From assembly GCA_945859975.1 (NCBI GenBank), contig CAMAPH010000003.1, positions 32,001 to 96,000 on the forward strand: a stretch of DNA of 64,000 bases. The letters are read 5' to 3'. Below the pieces are notes generated by a model. It was not told where the DNA came from. It saw nothing but the letters and a program-made list of their open reading frames with translations, and searched no databases. Below are positions 18,444-27,958 of the stretch, piece by piece (position 1 is the first letter of the stretch; each line of letters opens with the position of its first letter). A program made the position numbers and the translations under genes. The DNA comes from Chthonomonas calidirosea. GTDB taxonomy: Bacteria > Armatimonadota > Fimbriimonadia > Fimbriimonadales > Fimbriimonadaceae.

Positions 18444-20131
18444 CCGAGTTGGCTGCTCTCGTCCCCAACGTGCCTCAGGCCATCAGCCTGGGGCACGCCG
18501 ATGCAATCCGCTCCGTTGCCATCAGTCAAGACGGCAAGTTCGCCGTCTCAGCATCGGCCGATAAAACCCTCCGAAAGTGGGATATCGAAACCGGCCAATG
18601 TCTCGGCGTGCTAGAAGGTCACGCTGGTGAAGTCAACGCCGTCGCGATCACCCCAAACGGCAAGTTCGCCATCTCCGGCTCAGACGACAAGACCATCCGA
18701 AAGTGGGACCTCCAAACCGGCCAATACGTCCAGGTGTTAGCGGGACACACGGAGTGGGTCCAGACCGTCGCCATCAGCCAAAACGGTAAATTCGCTCTCC
18801 CGGGATCCGCCGACAATACGCTCCGAATGTGGGACTTAGAAACCGGAGAGTGTCTCAAGGTCCTAGAGGGACACACCGAAGCCGTCTACTCCGTCGCGAT
18901 CAGCCAAGATGGGAAATTCGCAATCTCCGGAGGACCAGAGAACACGCTTCTAAAGTGGGATATCGAATCCGGACAATGCCTCCAGGTCCTACAAGGACAC
19001 CTTAGCGGCGTCCTTTCCGTCGCCATCAGCCAAGACGGCAACTTCGTCTTCTCTGCATCACAGGACACAACCCTCCGAAGGTGGAATCTCGAAACTGGAC
19101 AGTGCCTCCAAGTTCTAGAGGGACATACAGAAGCCGTGATTTCCGTGGCTATCAGCCAAGATGGAAAGTTCGCCTTCTCCGGATCAGACGACGCAACCGT
19201 CCGAAAATGGGACCTCGAAACCGGGCAGTGTCTCAGCGTAATCGAGGGGCATACAGGCGCGGTCTTCTCCGTCGTCATCGGCCAAGACGGGAGCTTTGTG
19301 CTCTCAGTATCCGATGACAACACCCTCCGAAAGTGGGACTTCGAAACCGGAAAGTGTCTCGGCGTACTAGAGGGACACACGAGCGCCGTGTACTGCGTCG
19401 CCATGAGCCAAGACGGAAAAATCGCCCTCTCCGGATCACAAGACGGCACCCTCCGAAAGTGGGACGTCGAAACGGGTGAAAGCCTCGACGTCCTAAAAGG
19501 ACACGCCGGCACCGTCTGCTCCGTCGCGATCAGCCTCGACGTGAAATTTGCCCTCTCGGGATCTGCAGACAAAACCCTTCGAACGTGGGATCTCAAAACC
19601 GGAGAATGCCTGAACGTCTTTGAAGGACACTCGCACGCCATCTGGACCGTAGCCATCAGCCAAGACGGGAAATTCGCCGTGTCCGGATCACTAGACAACA
19701 CTCTCCGAAAGTGGGACCTGGAGACCGGAGAATGCCGAAGCGTCTTAGAGGGACACGCCGGCTTCGTCCGATCCGTCGCCATTAGCCGAGATGGGAAACT
19801 CGCTCTGTCTGCATCGGATGACAAAACCCTTCGAAAGTGGAACATGGAAACGGGTCAAAGTCTCGACGTCCTAGAAGGACATTGCGGCACCGTCTGGTCC
19901 GTCGCCATCAGCCAAGATGGGAAATTCGCCCTGTCTGGATCATCCGACAAAACCCTCCGAAAGTGGGAACTGGAAACCGGAGAGTGCCTAAGCGTTCTCG
20001 ACGGACACAGCAGCCACATCCGGTCAGTCGCGATCAGCGACGATGAAAAAACCGCCTACTCGGCGGCCGACAATGGCGTCCTTCGGATCTGGAGTTTGAA
20101 TTTCACGACCAGTCCTCTGCCCGAACAATAA
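18440..20131 (+). CDS. WD40 repeat protein (13 tandem 42-aa repeats)
   Basis: Repeats of GH-x-x-x-V-x-SVAISQDGKFA-x-SGS-x-D-x-TLRKWDLETGECL-x-VLE; the 126-bp periodicity is visible in the DNA. Confidence 0.95.
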   Translation: MTELAALVPNVPQAISLGHADAIRSVAISQDGKFAVSASADKTLRKWDIETGQCLGVLEGHAGEVNAVAITPNGKFAISGSDDKTIRKWDLQTGQYVQVLAGHTEWVQTVAISQNGKFALPGSADNTLRMWDLETGECLKVLEGHTEAVYSVAISQDGKFAISGGPENTLLKWDIESGQCLQVLQGHLSGVLSVAISQDGNFVFSASQDTTLRRWNLETGQCLQVLEGHTEAVISVAISQDGKFAFSGSDDATVRKWDLETGQCLSVIEGHTGAVFSVVIGQDGSFVLSVSDDNTLRKWDFETGKCLGVLEGHTSAVYCVAMSQDGKIALSGSQDGTLRKWDVETGESLDVLKGHAGTVCSVAISLDVKFALSGSADKTLRTWDLKTGECLNVFEGHSHAIWTVAISQDGKFAVSGSLDNTLRKWDLETGECRSVLEGHAGFVRSVAISRDGKLALSASDDKTLRKWNMETGQSLDVLEGHCGTVWSVAISQDGKFALSGSSDKTLRKWELETGECLSVLDGHSSHIRSVAISDDEKTAYSAADNGVLRIWSLNFTTSPLPEQ

Positions 20132-20150
20132 CGCTGATATGATCTTCGCC

Positions 20151-20373
20151 GGCGCGTCGTCGAAATCTGCTTCTCAGGATGGTACGGCGAAGACTAGTTC
20201 ACGTGCCGAACCGAACAAGTCGAATCCATGCCCTTTCCCGGGAGTTCTTTGCCAACTGCATAAACGAAGCGCTGAAAATCTACGCGCAGAAGCCGAAACT
20301 TTAGGCGGAGCGAGCGACGGAGAATGAGGCGCGGACCATCAACTTGGTGAAGCGGGTGATCCATAACGGCTGA
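20151..20373 (+). pseudogene. Degenerate duplicate of the 3' end of the sugar isomerase gene (~18099-18342)
   Basis: Shares tggtacggcgaagac, ccgaaccgaacaagtcgaatccatg, gccaactgcat and tggtgaagcgggtgatc..ataacggct with the isomerase; carries in-frame TAG stops and a ~21-nt deletion. Confidence 0.88.
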
Positions 20374-20527
20374 AATTAATCTGAAATAGGTGGCCAGCCA
20401 TTTCATTGAAGTCTCATCTCCAATGTGGTTTGTTAAGACAACGTAAAGAATTTCAAAATTTTCTTCCGCTGACTAAGAAATCCCTTGTCACTTTCGTAAA
20501 CCTGCAGTATATGTATATCAGGTTGCC

Positions 20528-23500
20528 ATGACTTGGTTTAGAAATTGCCAACGTTTGCTTGCGCTGTTTTGCGTAGCCCTGCTTCTTGTTTCCCAGACCG
20601 CGACTGCGGCATATTCGCTGGGTGAAATTTCCCTGAAGGGACTGCAATCTCTTCGGCAGCATCCCGGTCATTTCACGCAGGCACCGACCCGCGTAAACCG
20701 TGGCCAGAATCCAAAGCGTGAGCCTTTAACCCGCGGAATTTGGACTCAACGTCAGCTTCATAACGCAGAGTTTGATGCGCAAGAACTGTTTGCATCCCTT
20801 TATGGAGCAATACAAGGACCTCCAGGGCATACCACCGCTGTAAATCCAAGTTCAGGGGGTGCATATAACTGGGAAGGAAGTCGCCCAAGCGTCGGCGGCG
20901 GATCTGTCAATACCGGCAACGGCAACAAACTGAGCACTGTGCCTCTGACAGGTTGGGATGTGCGAGGCGGGATGGCGGTGAATTTCACCCTGTTCCACAA
21001 CAGCCAAGGCAGCTACAACGATGAACTCGGCCACGGCTGGACGTGGACCTACGACATCTATATCAACGATGACGACATTAACAACCCAGTCGTCCACTGG
21101 GGAGACGGCCTCTCTGTTCCGTTTAGCTACACAGGCACGGTTCCAACCGGGGTGGATTACAACTACACATCTCCAACCGGCGTCTTTGACAAACTAACCA
21201 AGAGAGCTGACGGCACTTGGACCATCACCAAGAAGAGTCAGATCAAGTACCAGTTCAATGCGGCTGGATTCTGCAACAAGATTCAGGACCGAAACAGCAA
21301 CCAAATCACGCTCACTCTCAACAGCGCCAACTACGTAACGAAGGTCACGGACCCGACAGGCCGAGAACTGACCATCACGCTCGATGGTAGCAACAATTTC
21401 ACCAGCATCACCGACCCGCTTGGTCGGGTTTGGGAATTCACGCGCGATGGCAGCGACGATTTGACTGAGGTTGAGTTCCCGCCCGTAAACAGTGCCGTTT
21501 ACACTGAAAACTTCACGTACAACACCACGCACGACATCCTGACCCGTACGGACAAGCGTGGCAAAGTCTGGTCCACCACCTATAACAATGGCGGTGTTGT
21601 TGCGACCGAAAAGAACCCGCTGAACCAAACCACGACCTACACCTACACTAGCAGCGCAACCACTATCACTGACCCCATCGGCGAAACCGTCACTCACAAC
21701 TACAGCAGCGGCCTCCTTGCGAGCGAAGTAGATGAATCTGGGTTCAGCATCGCTAGGACCTACAACGGCAGCTACTTGCCAACGGCAATCACTGATAAGC
21801 GCGGCAAGGTCTGGAACTTTACGTACGACTCGGTCGGAAATGTTCTTACCAAGACCAATCCGCTCTCCAAATTAACGACTTACACCTACAACAGCACGAA
21901 CGACCTTCTCACGAGCACTAATCCGCTGAGCCAGACCACGACGCTTACGTACGATTCGAACGGAAATCTTCTTACCGTCACCGACCCGCTCAGCCGAGTG
22001 ACCGAGCTAGGCTATGACGCAAATGGCCTCCTCACGAGCATAGAGAACCATCTCGGCGAAGTCACAACGCTGGCTTACAACTCCAACGGGCATCTGACGA
22101 GCACCACGGACCCTTTGAGCCATACTACGAGCCTTGGCGTTAGTACGCTCGGCTGGACGACAAGCACGACCGATGCGACCAGCAATGTAACCACCTTCAG
22201 TTATGACAACTGGGGGCGTCTGGCAACGATAACGAATCCAGACTCCTCAACCAAGAGTTACACATACAACCCAAATTCGGATCTGCTTACGGAAACGAAT
22301 GAGCGTAGCAAAACCACGAGCTTCGCGTACGACGATGCAGGTCGCTTGACCACTAAGACAAATGCCAAGAGCGAGGTCGAGACCTACGCCTACAACGCAC
22401 GCGGCGACCGAACGAGCGTTACGAATGGACGCGGCAAGGTTCGCACCTACACCTTCACAGACCGCGGCGAAGTGGCAAGCGTCACCCTGCCCGACAGCAG
22501 CGTGGAGCAGTGGAGTTACGACGGCAACGGTCACGTAACGGCGTACACGAATCCGCTCAGCCAGGTCATTTACTACACATTCGACAATGCTTCTCGCCAG
22601 ACCGGCGTCGACTATCCAGCCGGTACGGACACGACCTTCAGCTATGACGATGCGAATCGCCGCACCGGAATGACTGACTCAACCGGCACGACCACCTGGA
22701 CCATTAACGCTGCAGGGGAATCTACCGCCCTTTCCACACCACAAGGAAGCCTTTCCTACACCTACGATGGAGCTGGACGGCGCAAAACCCTTGTTGAGAG
22801 TCACGGTACAACGACTTACAACTACGACACCGCTGGTCGCTTAACCTCTCTGGTGAATGCTCAGTCTGAAACGACGAGCTTCACCTACGACAATGCGAAC
22901 CGTCTGACGAAGCAAACCTACAACCCGGGCCAGTACACCGAGATGGCTTACAACAACCGGGGCTGGATCAGCACGCTGTCGACCAAGAAGAGCGACGGAA
23001 CCGTCTTCAGTACCGAAACCTACTCGTACGACACGGCCGGAAACCTCACGTCCAAGGTCGTCAGCGGCAGCACAACTTCGTTCACGTACGACGACATCGA
23101 CCAGCTTCTGACCGAGACCCGGTCCGGCGCAACAACGACGTATACGTACGACGCGAACGGCAACCGGGCCAGCAAAGCTGCGGGAGGGGTCACCGAGACC
23201 TACATTGTTGACGATGCGGACAAACTCACCTCGATAACCGTTGGTGGTGCGGCGGTGAAGACGTATTCGTACGACACTGCGGGTCGCACGACTTCAGTCG
23301 TAACCTCGGCCGGCACGACCTCGCTAACGTACGACTACGAGTCGCGGATTACGCAGATTTCGTACCCGTCCTCGGCGACAAACACATTCACTTACAACGG
23401 TCTTGACACCCGCGTAGGCAAGGTGGATTCGGTCGGAACCGCAACTTACAAGCGAGATGGCGATTCCGTCACCGCGCCGGTGCTCGAAGACGGCACCGCC

Positions 23501-24292
23501 AAGTTCACTCCGGGAGTCTCCGATCGACGAGGCAGCAGCACCCGCTTCTACCATCCTGACCGTATCGGGTCTGTGCTCCGGCACACTTCGAGTTCGCAAG
23601 GTTCGACGGCTAGCCGCTTGTACGACGCTTTCGGCAACGTTGTCTCGGCATCCGGCACATTCGCGCTCCCCTTCGGCTTTGCTGGAAACTGGGGCTATCA
23701 GGAAGATGCTGACTCGGGCCTAAAGCTGCTTGGGCACCGATATTACGACTCTTCAACTGGGCGGTTCCTGACGAGGGACCCGATTAAGGACGGGAAGAAC
23801 TGGTACGCGTATTGCGGAAACAACCCGCTCCGTGCGGTTGACCCCACGGGGCTTTGGTGGGAGACGGCGTTCGATGTTGCCATGCTCATCAAGGGCATCC
23901 ATGACTTCATCGAAGATCCGTCGTGGGAGAACGGAGCAGGAGTTGCAGCTGATGTCATCTTTCTCATCGCCCCACTTCCGAACTTCGCGGCCGTCCGGCA
24001 TCTTGACGATGTCCACGATGCCGGCAGGGTGATTATTGACCAAGGCGGCGGTGCACTTAATCTCATACCCAGAAAAGCCTCTAAAACACATCGACTTGCT
24101 TGGGAGCGGCTAAATGGCATTCCATGGCCAAAAGATGAAAATGGCCGAAACTTCGATGTGAGCCATATCATTGCGCTCGCTGACGGAGGATCCGATACAC
24201 TGGATAATATCGAACCGGTGCAACATGACGAGCATGTACGCAGGCACATTCTAAACGGAGACTTCAAGAGATGGGGAGGCAGGCGAAAATAG
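20528..24292 (+). CDS. RHS/YD-repeat polymorphic toxin with signal peptide and C-terminal HNH nuclease domain
   Basis: Sec-type signal peptide, many YD repeats, core RYYDSSTGRFLTRDPI...NPLRAVDPTGL, and tip DVSHIIALADGGSDTLDNIEPVQHDEHVRRH. Confidence 0.93.
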   Translation: MTWFRNCQRLLALFCVALLLVSQTATAAYSLGEISLKGLQSLRQHPGHFTQAPTRVNRGQNPKREPLTRGIWTQRQLHNAEFDAQELFASLYGAIQGPPGHTTAVNPSSGGAYNWEGSRPSVGGGSVNTGNGNKLSTVPLTGWDVRGGMAVNFTLFHNSQGSYNDELGHGWTWTYDIYINDDDINNPVVHWGDGLSVPFSYTGTVPTGVDYNYTSPTGVFDKLTKRADGTWTITKKSQIKYQFNAAGFCNKIQDRNSNQITLTLNSANYVTKVTDPTGRELTITLDGSNNFTSITDPLGRVWEFTRDGSDDLTEVEFPPVNSAVYTENFTYNTTHDILTRTDKRGKVWSTTYNNGGVVATEKNPLNQTTTYTYTSSATTITDPIGETVTHNYSSGLLASEVDESGFSIARTYNGSYLPTAITDKRGKVWNFTYDSVGNVLTKTNPLSKLTTYTYNSTNDLLTSTNPLSQTTTLTYDSNGNLLTVTDPLSRVTELGYDANGLLTSIENHLGEVTTLAYNSNGHLTSTTDPLSHTTSLGVSTLGWTTSTTDATSNVTTFSYDNWGRLATITNPDSSTKSYTYNPNSDLLTETNERSKTTSFAYDDAGRLTTKTNAKSEVETYAYNARGDRTSVTNGRGKVRTYTFTDRGEVASVTLPDSSVEQWSYDGNGHVTAYTNPLSQVIYYTFDNASRQTGVDYPAGTDTTFSYDDANRRTGMTDSTGTTTWTINAAGESTALSTPQGSLSYTYDGAGRRKTLVESHGTTTYNYDTAGRLTSLVNAQSETTSFTYDNANRLTKQTYNPGQYTEMAYNNRGWISTLSTKKSDGTVFSTETYSYDTAGNLTSKVVSGSTTSFTYDDIDQLLTETRSGATTTYTYDANGNRASKAAGGVTETYIVDDADKLTSITVGGAAVKTYSYDTAGRTTSVVTSAGTTSLTYDYESRITQISYPSSATNTFTYNGLDTRVGKVDSVGTATYKRDGDSVTAPVLEDGTAKFTPGVSDRRGSSTRFYHPDRIGSVLRHTSSSQGSTASRLYDAFGNVVSASGTFALPFGFAGNWGYQEDADSGLKLLGHRYYDSSTGRFLTRDPIKDGKNWYAYCGNNPLRAVDPTGLWWETAFDVAMLIKGIHDFIEDPSWENGAGVAADVIFLIAPLPNFAAVRHLDDVHDAGRVIIDQGGGALNLIPRKASKTHRLAWERLNGIPWPKDENGRNFDVSHIIALADGGSDTLDNIEPVQHDEHVRRHILNGDFKRWGGRRK

Positions 24293-26028
24293 CAATCGAT
24301 GTAGACCCCAATGTCTCGTATCAGGAAACTTCTCTGACGACAGGGATACCTGATTTACAGTTGGTCGAATGCGAACGACAAGTACGGAATTTTATCGAGT
24401 TTCATGGAGGCATCACGAACGAACTATGCCTTATGAAAAAACTAAGATTTCTTGCCGTCTACAAATTTTCAGCAGCAGACGAAGAGAATGGCGCATCGTT
24501 TTCTGGATGGATCGTCGCTGGAAATGCTCCATTCCTCATGCTGAATGAAGAACGCATTTACAATGCAATCGAAGCGTTGGCAATATATGCATGGTTCTCG
24601 AGCTTTGTATCACAAAGTGGCAATGAGGAAACCGAAGACAACTTCGGACCGCAGTTCAGGACTTTTCCCAATTGGAAATTACTGCGCGAACCAACCGAAA
24701 TAGCAAGATCAAAGATTACGCCGATCGCTGGATTCATTGGGTTCCATGTAGTTCCAAAACATATACAAAACTTCTTGAACCCTGAAATCTTTGCCCGGTG
24801 TTATCAACGAGGATGGTTTCAGTCAGTCCTTGGGCCACCCGGTAGAGCGTCCAAAAATCAAACTAACTGTGACGACTTTTTTACGGCTTGTCAAGATCGT
24901 GACGAACTCACGAAATTCGAAATGGAAGTTATTCGCTCGTTTTTGGGGTCGCAAGACAAAACCAGCAGCCATATAGAAAGATCGCTTAAAGTCAACGATG
25001 TAAGTGTTTTTCGAGTTGAGCTTCAACCCTCAAGCGTTGAATCGAACATCCTTTGGGTCATTGGAGGAAACGTACCGTACTACCTCGTTTCCAGAAAACA
25101 CGTCACGTCACCTTACGAGGCACTAGCAGAATACACTTGGATGGTACGCAAGTGGGCGCAGTATCCCAGCAATGACCTACGTTCCAAACGCTTCGACCAA
25201 ATCTTTTATCAGGAACCTACTTGGAGCAAGCAAACCATGAGAGATGCTCTCAGGACGTCAGGGTTAGCGTCAGTCACAAATCAAATGTTTGGATTACTCA
25301 GGACACAATATAATCACATTCAAGATCCAATCTCGATTTCGCGGTGTATTGAAGTCGGCTGGCTAGGGAGGTCTTCAAACCCGAACTGGAAGCCTGCGAC
25401 GAAAATAAAACGAAAAGAACTAAAAGAAGCGGCAGTATATTTCGGAAAGCATTTAATTGCCTCAGACCATGCAATCTGTGACTCCAAGTTGGGAGGTAAG
25501 CCTTGCGGCTTACCGCGGGAAAAATGGCCAGTAGTAGATGGTGCAGCAAGTACGTTCGTTGCTCAGTTAAAGCATCCAGTGTTAGGATTCTCAACTTATA
25601 TTTTTTGGAATCAAGCACTATACTCCGAGCACCCGAACTCCGTGACTCAGTTTAGTGCGGTTTTTCAACAGAATTGGTGTGGTGAAAGCCAGTCCGGACC
25701 GTCATTTCCGCCGTGTGGAGAATTAGTCTGGAATAGTGGCAAACTATGGAATTTCGAACCAACTGATATTGCACTCACCGAAGAAGAACTGTCACTTCTT
25801 TACAGCGAGCAGAGTAATCCACATTACAGCAAAACAAAAGCAGGGGGAGCTGTACGATGGGATCACTTCGTAAATCTAAGGCCATCAATTACAAGCGCTG
25901 AGAAATTCAAGTACATCCTGACACTTGACTTAACACAGTTTCCATTCTTGCCCTACAACTGCCCTCGAACGTTGCATGTATTCCGACATCGTCAAATTCT
26001 GGAAATAGGAGCAGTAATTTCAGAGTAA
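24271..26028 (+). CDS. Putative multi-domain immunity protein (two DUF4826-like repeats + YwqG/DUF1963-like domain)
   Basis: Overlaps the toxin stop, AT-richer DNA, internal duplication, and SKLGGKP...WP...FVAQL...KAGG motifs. Confidence 0.65.
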   Translation: MGRQAKIAIDVDPNVSYQETSLTTGIPDLQLVECERQVRNFIEFHGGITNELCLMKKLRFLAVYKFSAADEENGASFSGWIVAGNAPFLMLNEERIYNAIEALAIYAWFSSFVSQSGNEETEDNFGPQFRTFPNWKLLREPTEIARSKITPIAGFIGFHVVPKHIQNFLNPEIFARCYQRGWFQSVLGPPGRASKNQTNCDDFFTACQDRDELTKFEMEVIRSFLGSQDKTSSHIERSLKVNDVSVFRVELQPSSVESNILWVIGGNVPYYLVSRKHVTSPYEALAEYTWMVRKWAQYPSNDLRSKRFDQIFYQEPTWSKQTMRDALRTSGLASVTNQMFGLLRTQYNHIQDPISISRCIEVGWLGRSSNPNWKPATKIKRKELKEAAVYFGKHLIASDHAICDSKLGGKPCGLPREKWPVVDGAASTFVAQLKHPVLGFSTYIFWNQALYSEHPNSVTQFSAVFQQNWCGESQSGPSFPPCGELVWNSGKLWNFEPTDIALTEEELSLLYSEQSNPHYSKTKAGGAVRWDHFVNLRPSITSAEKFKYILTLDLTQFPFLPYNCPRTLHVFRHRQILEIGAVISE

Positions 26029-26091
26029 GGAACCGCGCCACTACCCTTTATTTACCCACCATCAGATAACCGGCTCAAGAGAGAGCTAGAA

Positions 26092-26853
26092 TTGGCCAAC
26101 TTGATTTCAGGGAGAAGCAGAGCTACGCAAAATATGCAAGTTCCACCACATCGCCTAACCTCACGCGACGCAGGTTTAACGATCGAGTTCTGTCGAGAGA
26201 AATACTCAGCCGATGGGCTCGATTTAGCAAAAGCTAAAAACGTCAAGCGACTGATTTTGCATCACCTGATTTCAGAGGATCAGGACCCGTACTCTTTTCT
26301 GAGTGAGTGGACATTTTTGGAGGCACTTAGAGTTCTTGACTATGAGAAGCGTTCAGTTTCGAGCGTTCAGATGGTTTCGAATCTGCATGAATTGTCGGTT
26401 GGCGACAACAATGGTTGCGAACTGGCTGGATCGGCGTTCCCAAACCTTCGTACGCTAACCTTCGAATGGAGCGAGAAGCGTTACGATCTCCTCAATCACG
26501 ATACGATCTCGCGCCTCTGCGTCAAGTACATGAAACCCAAAGCCAAAACTTGGGCCGTAAAGCTACCTAACTTAGAAACCCTCTCCCTCTTCTCCGCAAA
26601 CCTACGATCACTGGAACCATTTGCAGAGTGCACGAACCTGAAGAACATTCGCTTGTCCGATTGCCGCCAGTTCGAAGACAACTGCTCGCTGGCCGCCTTT
26701 CAGTCGTTGAAAGTAGTTCATATCCAGGGGTGCCCGAAAGCGGTTGATTTTGAAGTCTTTAACGAATTGCCTGCGCTCAAGCGCCTTATCTTGAGTGAGT
26801 TCAAGAATCCCCCTCCTCGATCCTTCTTCCGCGAGGGCATCGACGTAAGGTGA
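26092..26853 (+). CDS. Leucine-rich repeat protein, possible additional immunity protein
   Basis: LRR patterns FPNLRTLTF, LPNLETLSLF, CTNLKNIRLSDC and LPALKRLIL. Start uncertain. Confidence 0.7.
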   Translation: MANLISGRSRATQNMQVPPHRLTSRDAGLTIEFCREKYSADGLDLAKAKNVKRLILHHLISEDQDPYSFLSEWTFLEALRVLDYEKRSVSSVQMVSNLHELSVGDNNGCELAGSAFPNLRTLTFEWSEKRYDLLNHDTISRLCVKYMKPKAKTWAVKLPNLETLSLFSANLRSLEPFAECTNLKNIRLSDCRQFEDNCSLAAFQSLKVVHIQGCPKAVDFEVFNELPALKRLILSEFKNPPPRSFFREGIDVR

Positions 26854-26882
26854 TGCAAGTGTTGATGCTAACCGGATCTACC

Positions 26883-27926
26883 CTAAGTACAAGCACTTAC
26901 CACCACCAACTCCACCTCCTTCTCCCGCCCCTTCAACCCAAAGCTCCCCAGCGACCGTAGCCCCTCCCGCGCGCCCAGCTTCGCCGCGAGTTCCCCCGAG
27001 ATCAAGAACTCTTCCCCCAGCCCCGCGCACATGCCTTGGATCCGGGCGGCGGTGTTGAGCACGTCGCCGTGGTAAACGATCTCGCTCTTGATCTCCCCGA
27101 CCTCCGTGGTCACCACTTGCCCGTAGTGTGCGCCTGCTTTGAAGCCGGGTAGGAGGCCGTAGTTTCGTTCGTAATACGCCCGCCGCGATTCCAGCGGGGT
27201 TTGGAACAGGAAAAAGAACCGTAGGCAGTTCGCATTCGCCAGCCCGCGTTCCATTTGCCAGGTGATCACCGCTTCGTCGCCAATGTAGTGGCTCACTTCC
27301 GCCTTCGTCGCCAGCACCGGCCCCGTCAGGTCGGCCATAAAGTCCCGCACCAGCGCGCTGAACTTCATGTGCCCCAGCGCCTCTGCCAAGGTCGTCGAGT
27401 CCTTCATGTCCAGAAACATGAAAATCCGCGTCTCCTCCCTAGGCTCATGGTAGTAGCCGCGCAGCCAGTTCGTCAGCACCCCCGGCCCGAGTTTTCGCGA
27501 AATGGCCTGAAGGCTGGACGTAAGGAAAGCAATACAAATCGCCGCCACGCCGGAAACCTGAAAATAGATCTGCGTGATGATGCTAGAGGTAATCCCCATC
27601 ACATCGGCTTCCCACGGAAACTGCTGCGTTCGAAGCGAGATGTTGCACAGCAGGGCAACAAAGAACGCCGTAAACACTGCCGCCATATAAGTAAAAACTC
27701 GCACCAGCACGGTGGCAAAGTAGCTCTTGAGCCGAAACTCATCGAGCCGGAGCAGCGATACCGTTCCGAAACAAATGCCAAAAGGCGTGCCGTACATCAG
27801 CACCGCCAACCAAACTGGCGACCGAATCACGTCCTTCAAAACGAGCGAGGTTATCAGCGACAGACCGTAGGACAGCCCGAAAACTCGGACCATATCCTTC
27901 ACCCCTCGAGGCTGCCCCTTATTCAC
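26883..27926 (-). CDS. Membrane-bound class III nucleotide (adenylate/guanylate) cyclase
   Basis: N-terminal TM helices; FLDMKDST, YIGDE and GDVLNTAARIQ motifs. Confidence 0.9.
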   Translation of the reverse strand: MNKGQPRGVKDMVRVFGLSYGLSLITSLVLKDVIRSPVWLAVLMYGTPFGICFGTVSLLRLDEFRLKSYFATVLVRVFTYMAAVFTAFFVALLCNISLRTQQFPWEADVMGITSSIITQIYFQVSGVAAICIAFLTSSLQAISRKLGPGVLTNWLRGYYHEPREETRIFMFLDMKDSTTLAEALGHMKFSALVRDFMADLTGPVLATKAEVSHYIGDEAVITWQMERGLANANCLRFFFLFQTPLESRRAYYERNYGLLPGFKAGAHYGQVVTTEVGEIKSEIVYHGDVLNTAARIQGMCAGLGEEFLISGELAAKLGAREGLRSLGSFGLKGREKEVELVVVSACT

Positions 27927-27958
27927 CCATCCACTTTAACCCAGATCAGCCGTCCGAG

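Noticed and set aside
18886..19845. 319-aa antisense ORF with periodic sequence
   Set aside because: Shadow of the WD40 repeats on the opposite strand.
18490..20095. Regular DNA repeats as a CRISPR array
   Set aside because: The 126-bp period is in-frame WD40 coding sequence, with no repeat-spacer structure and no cas genes.
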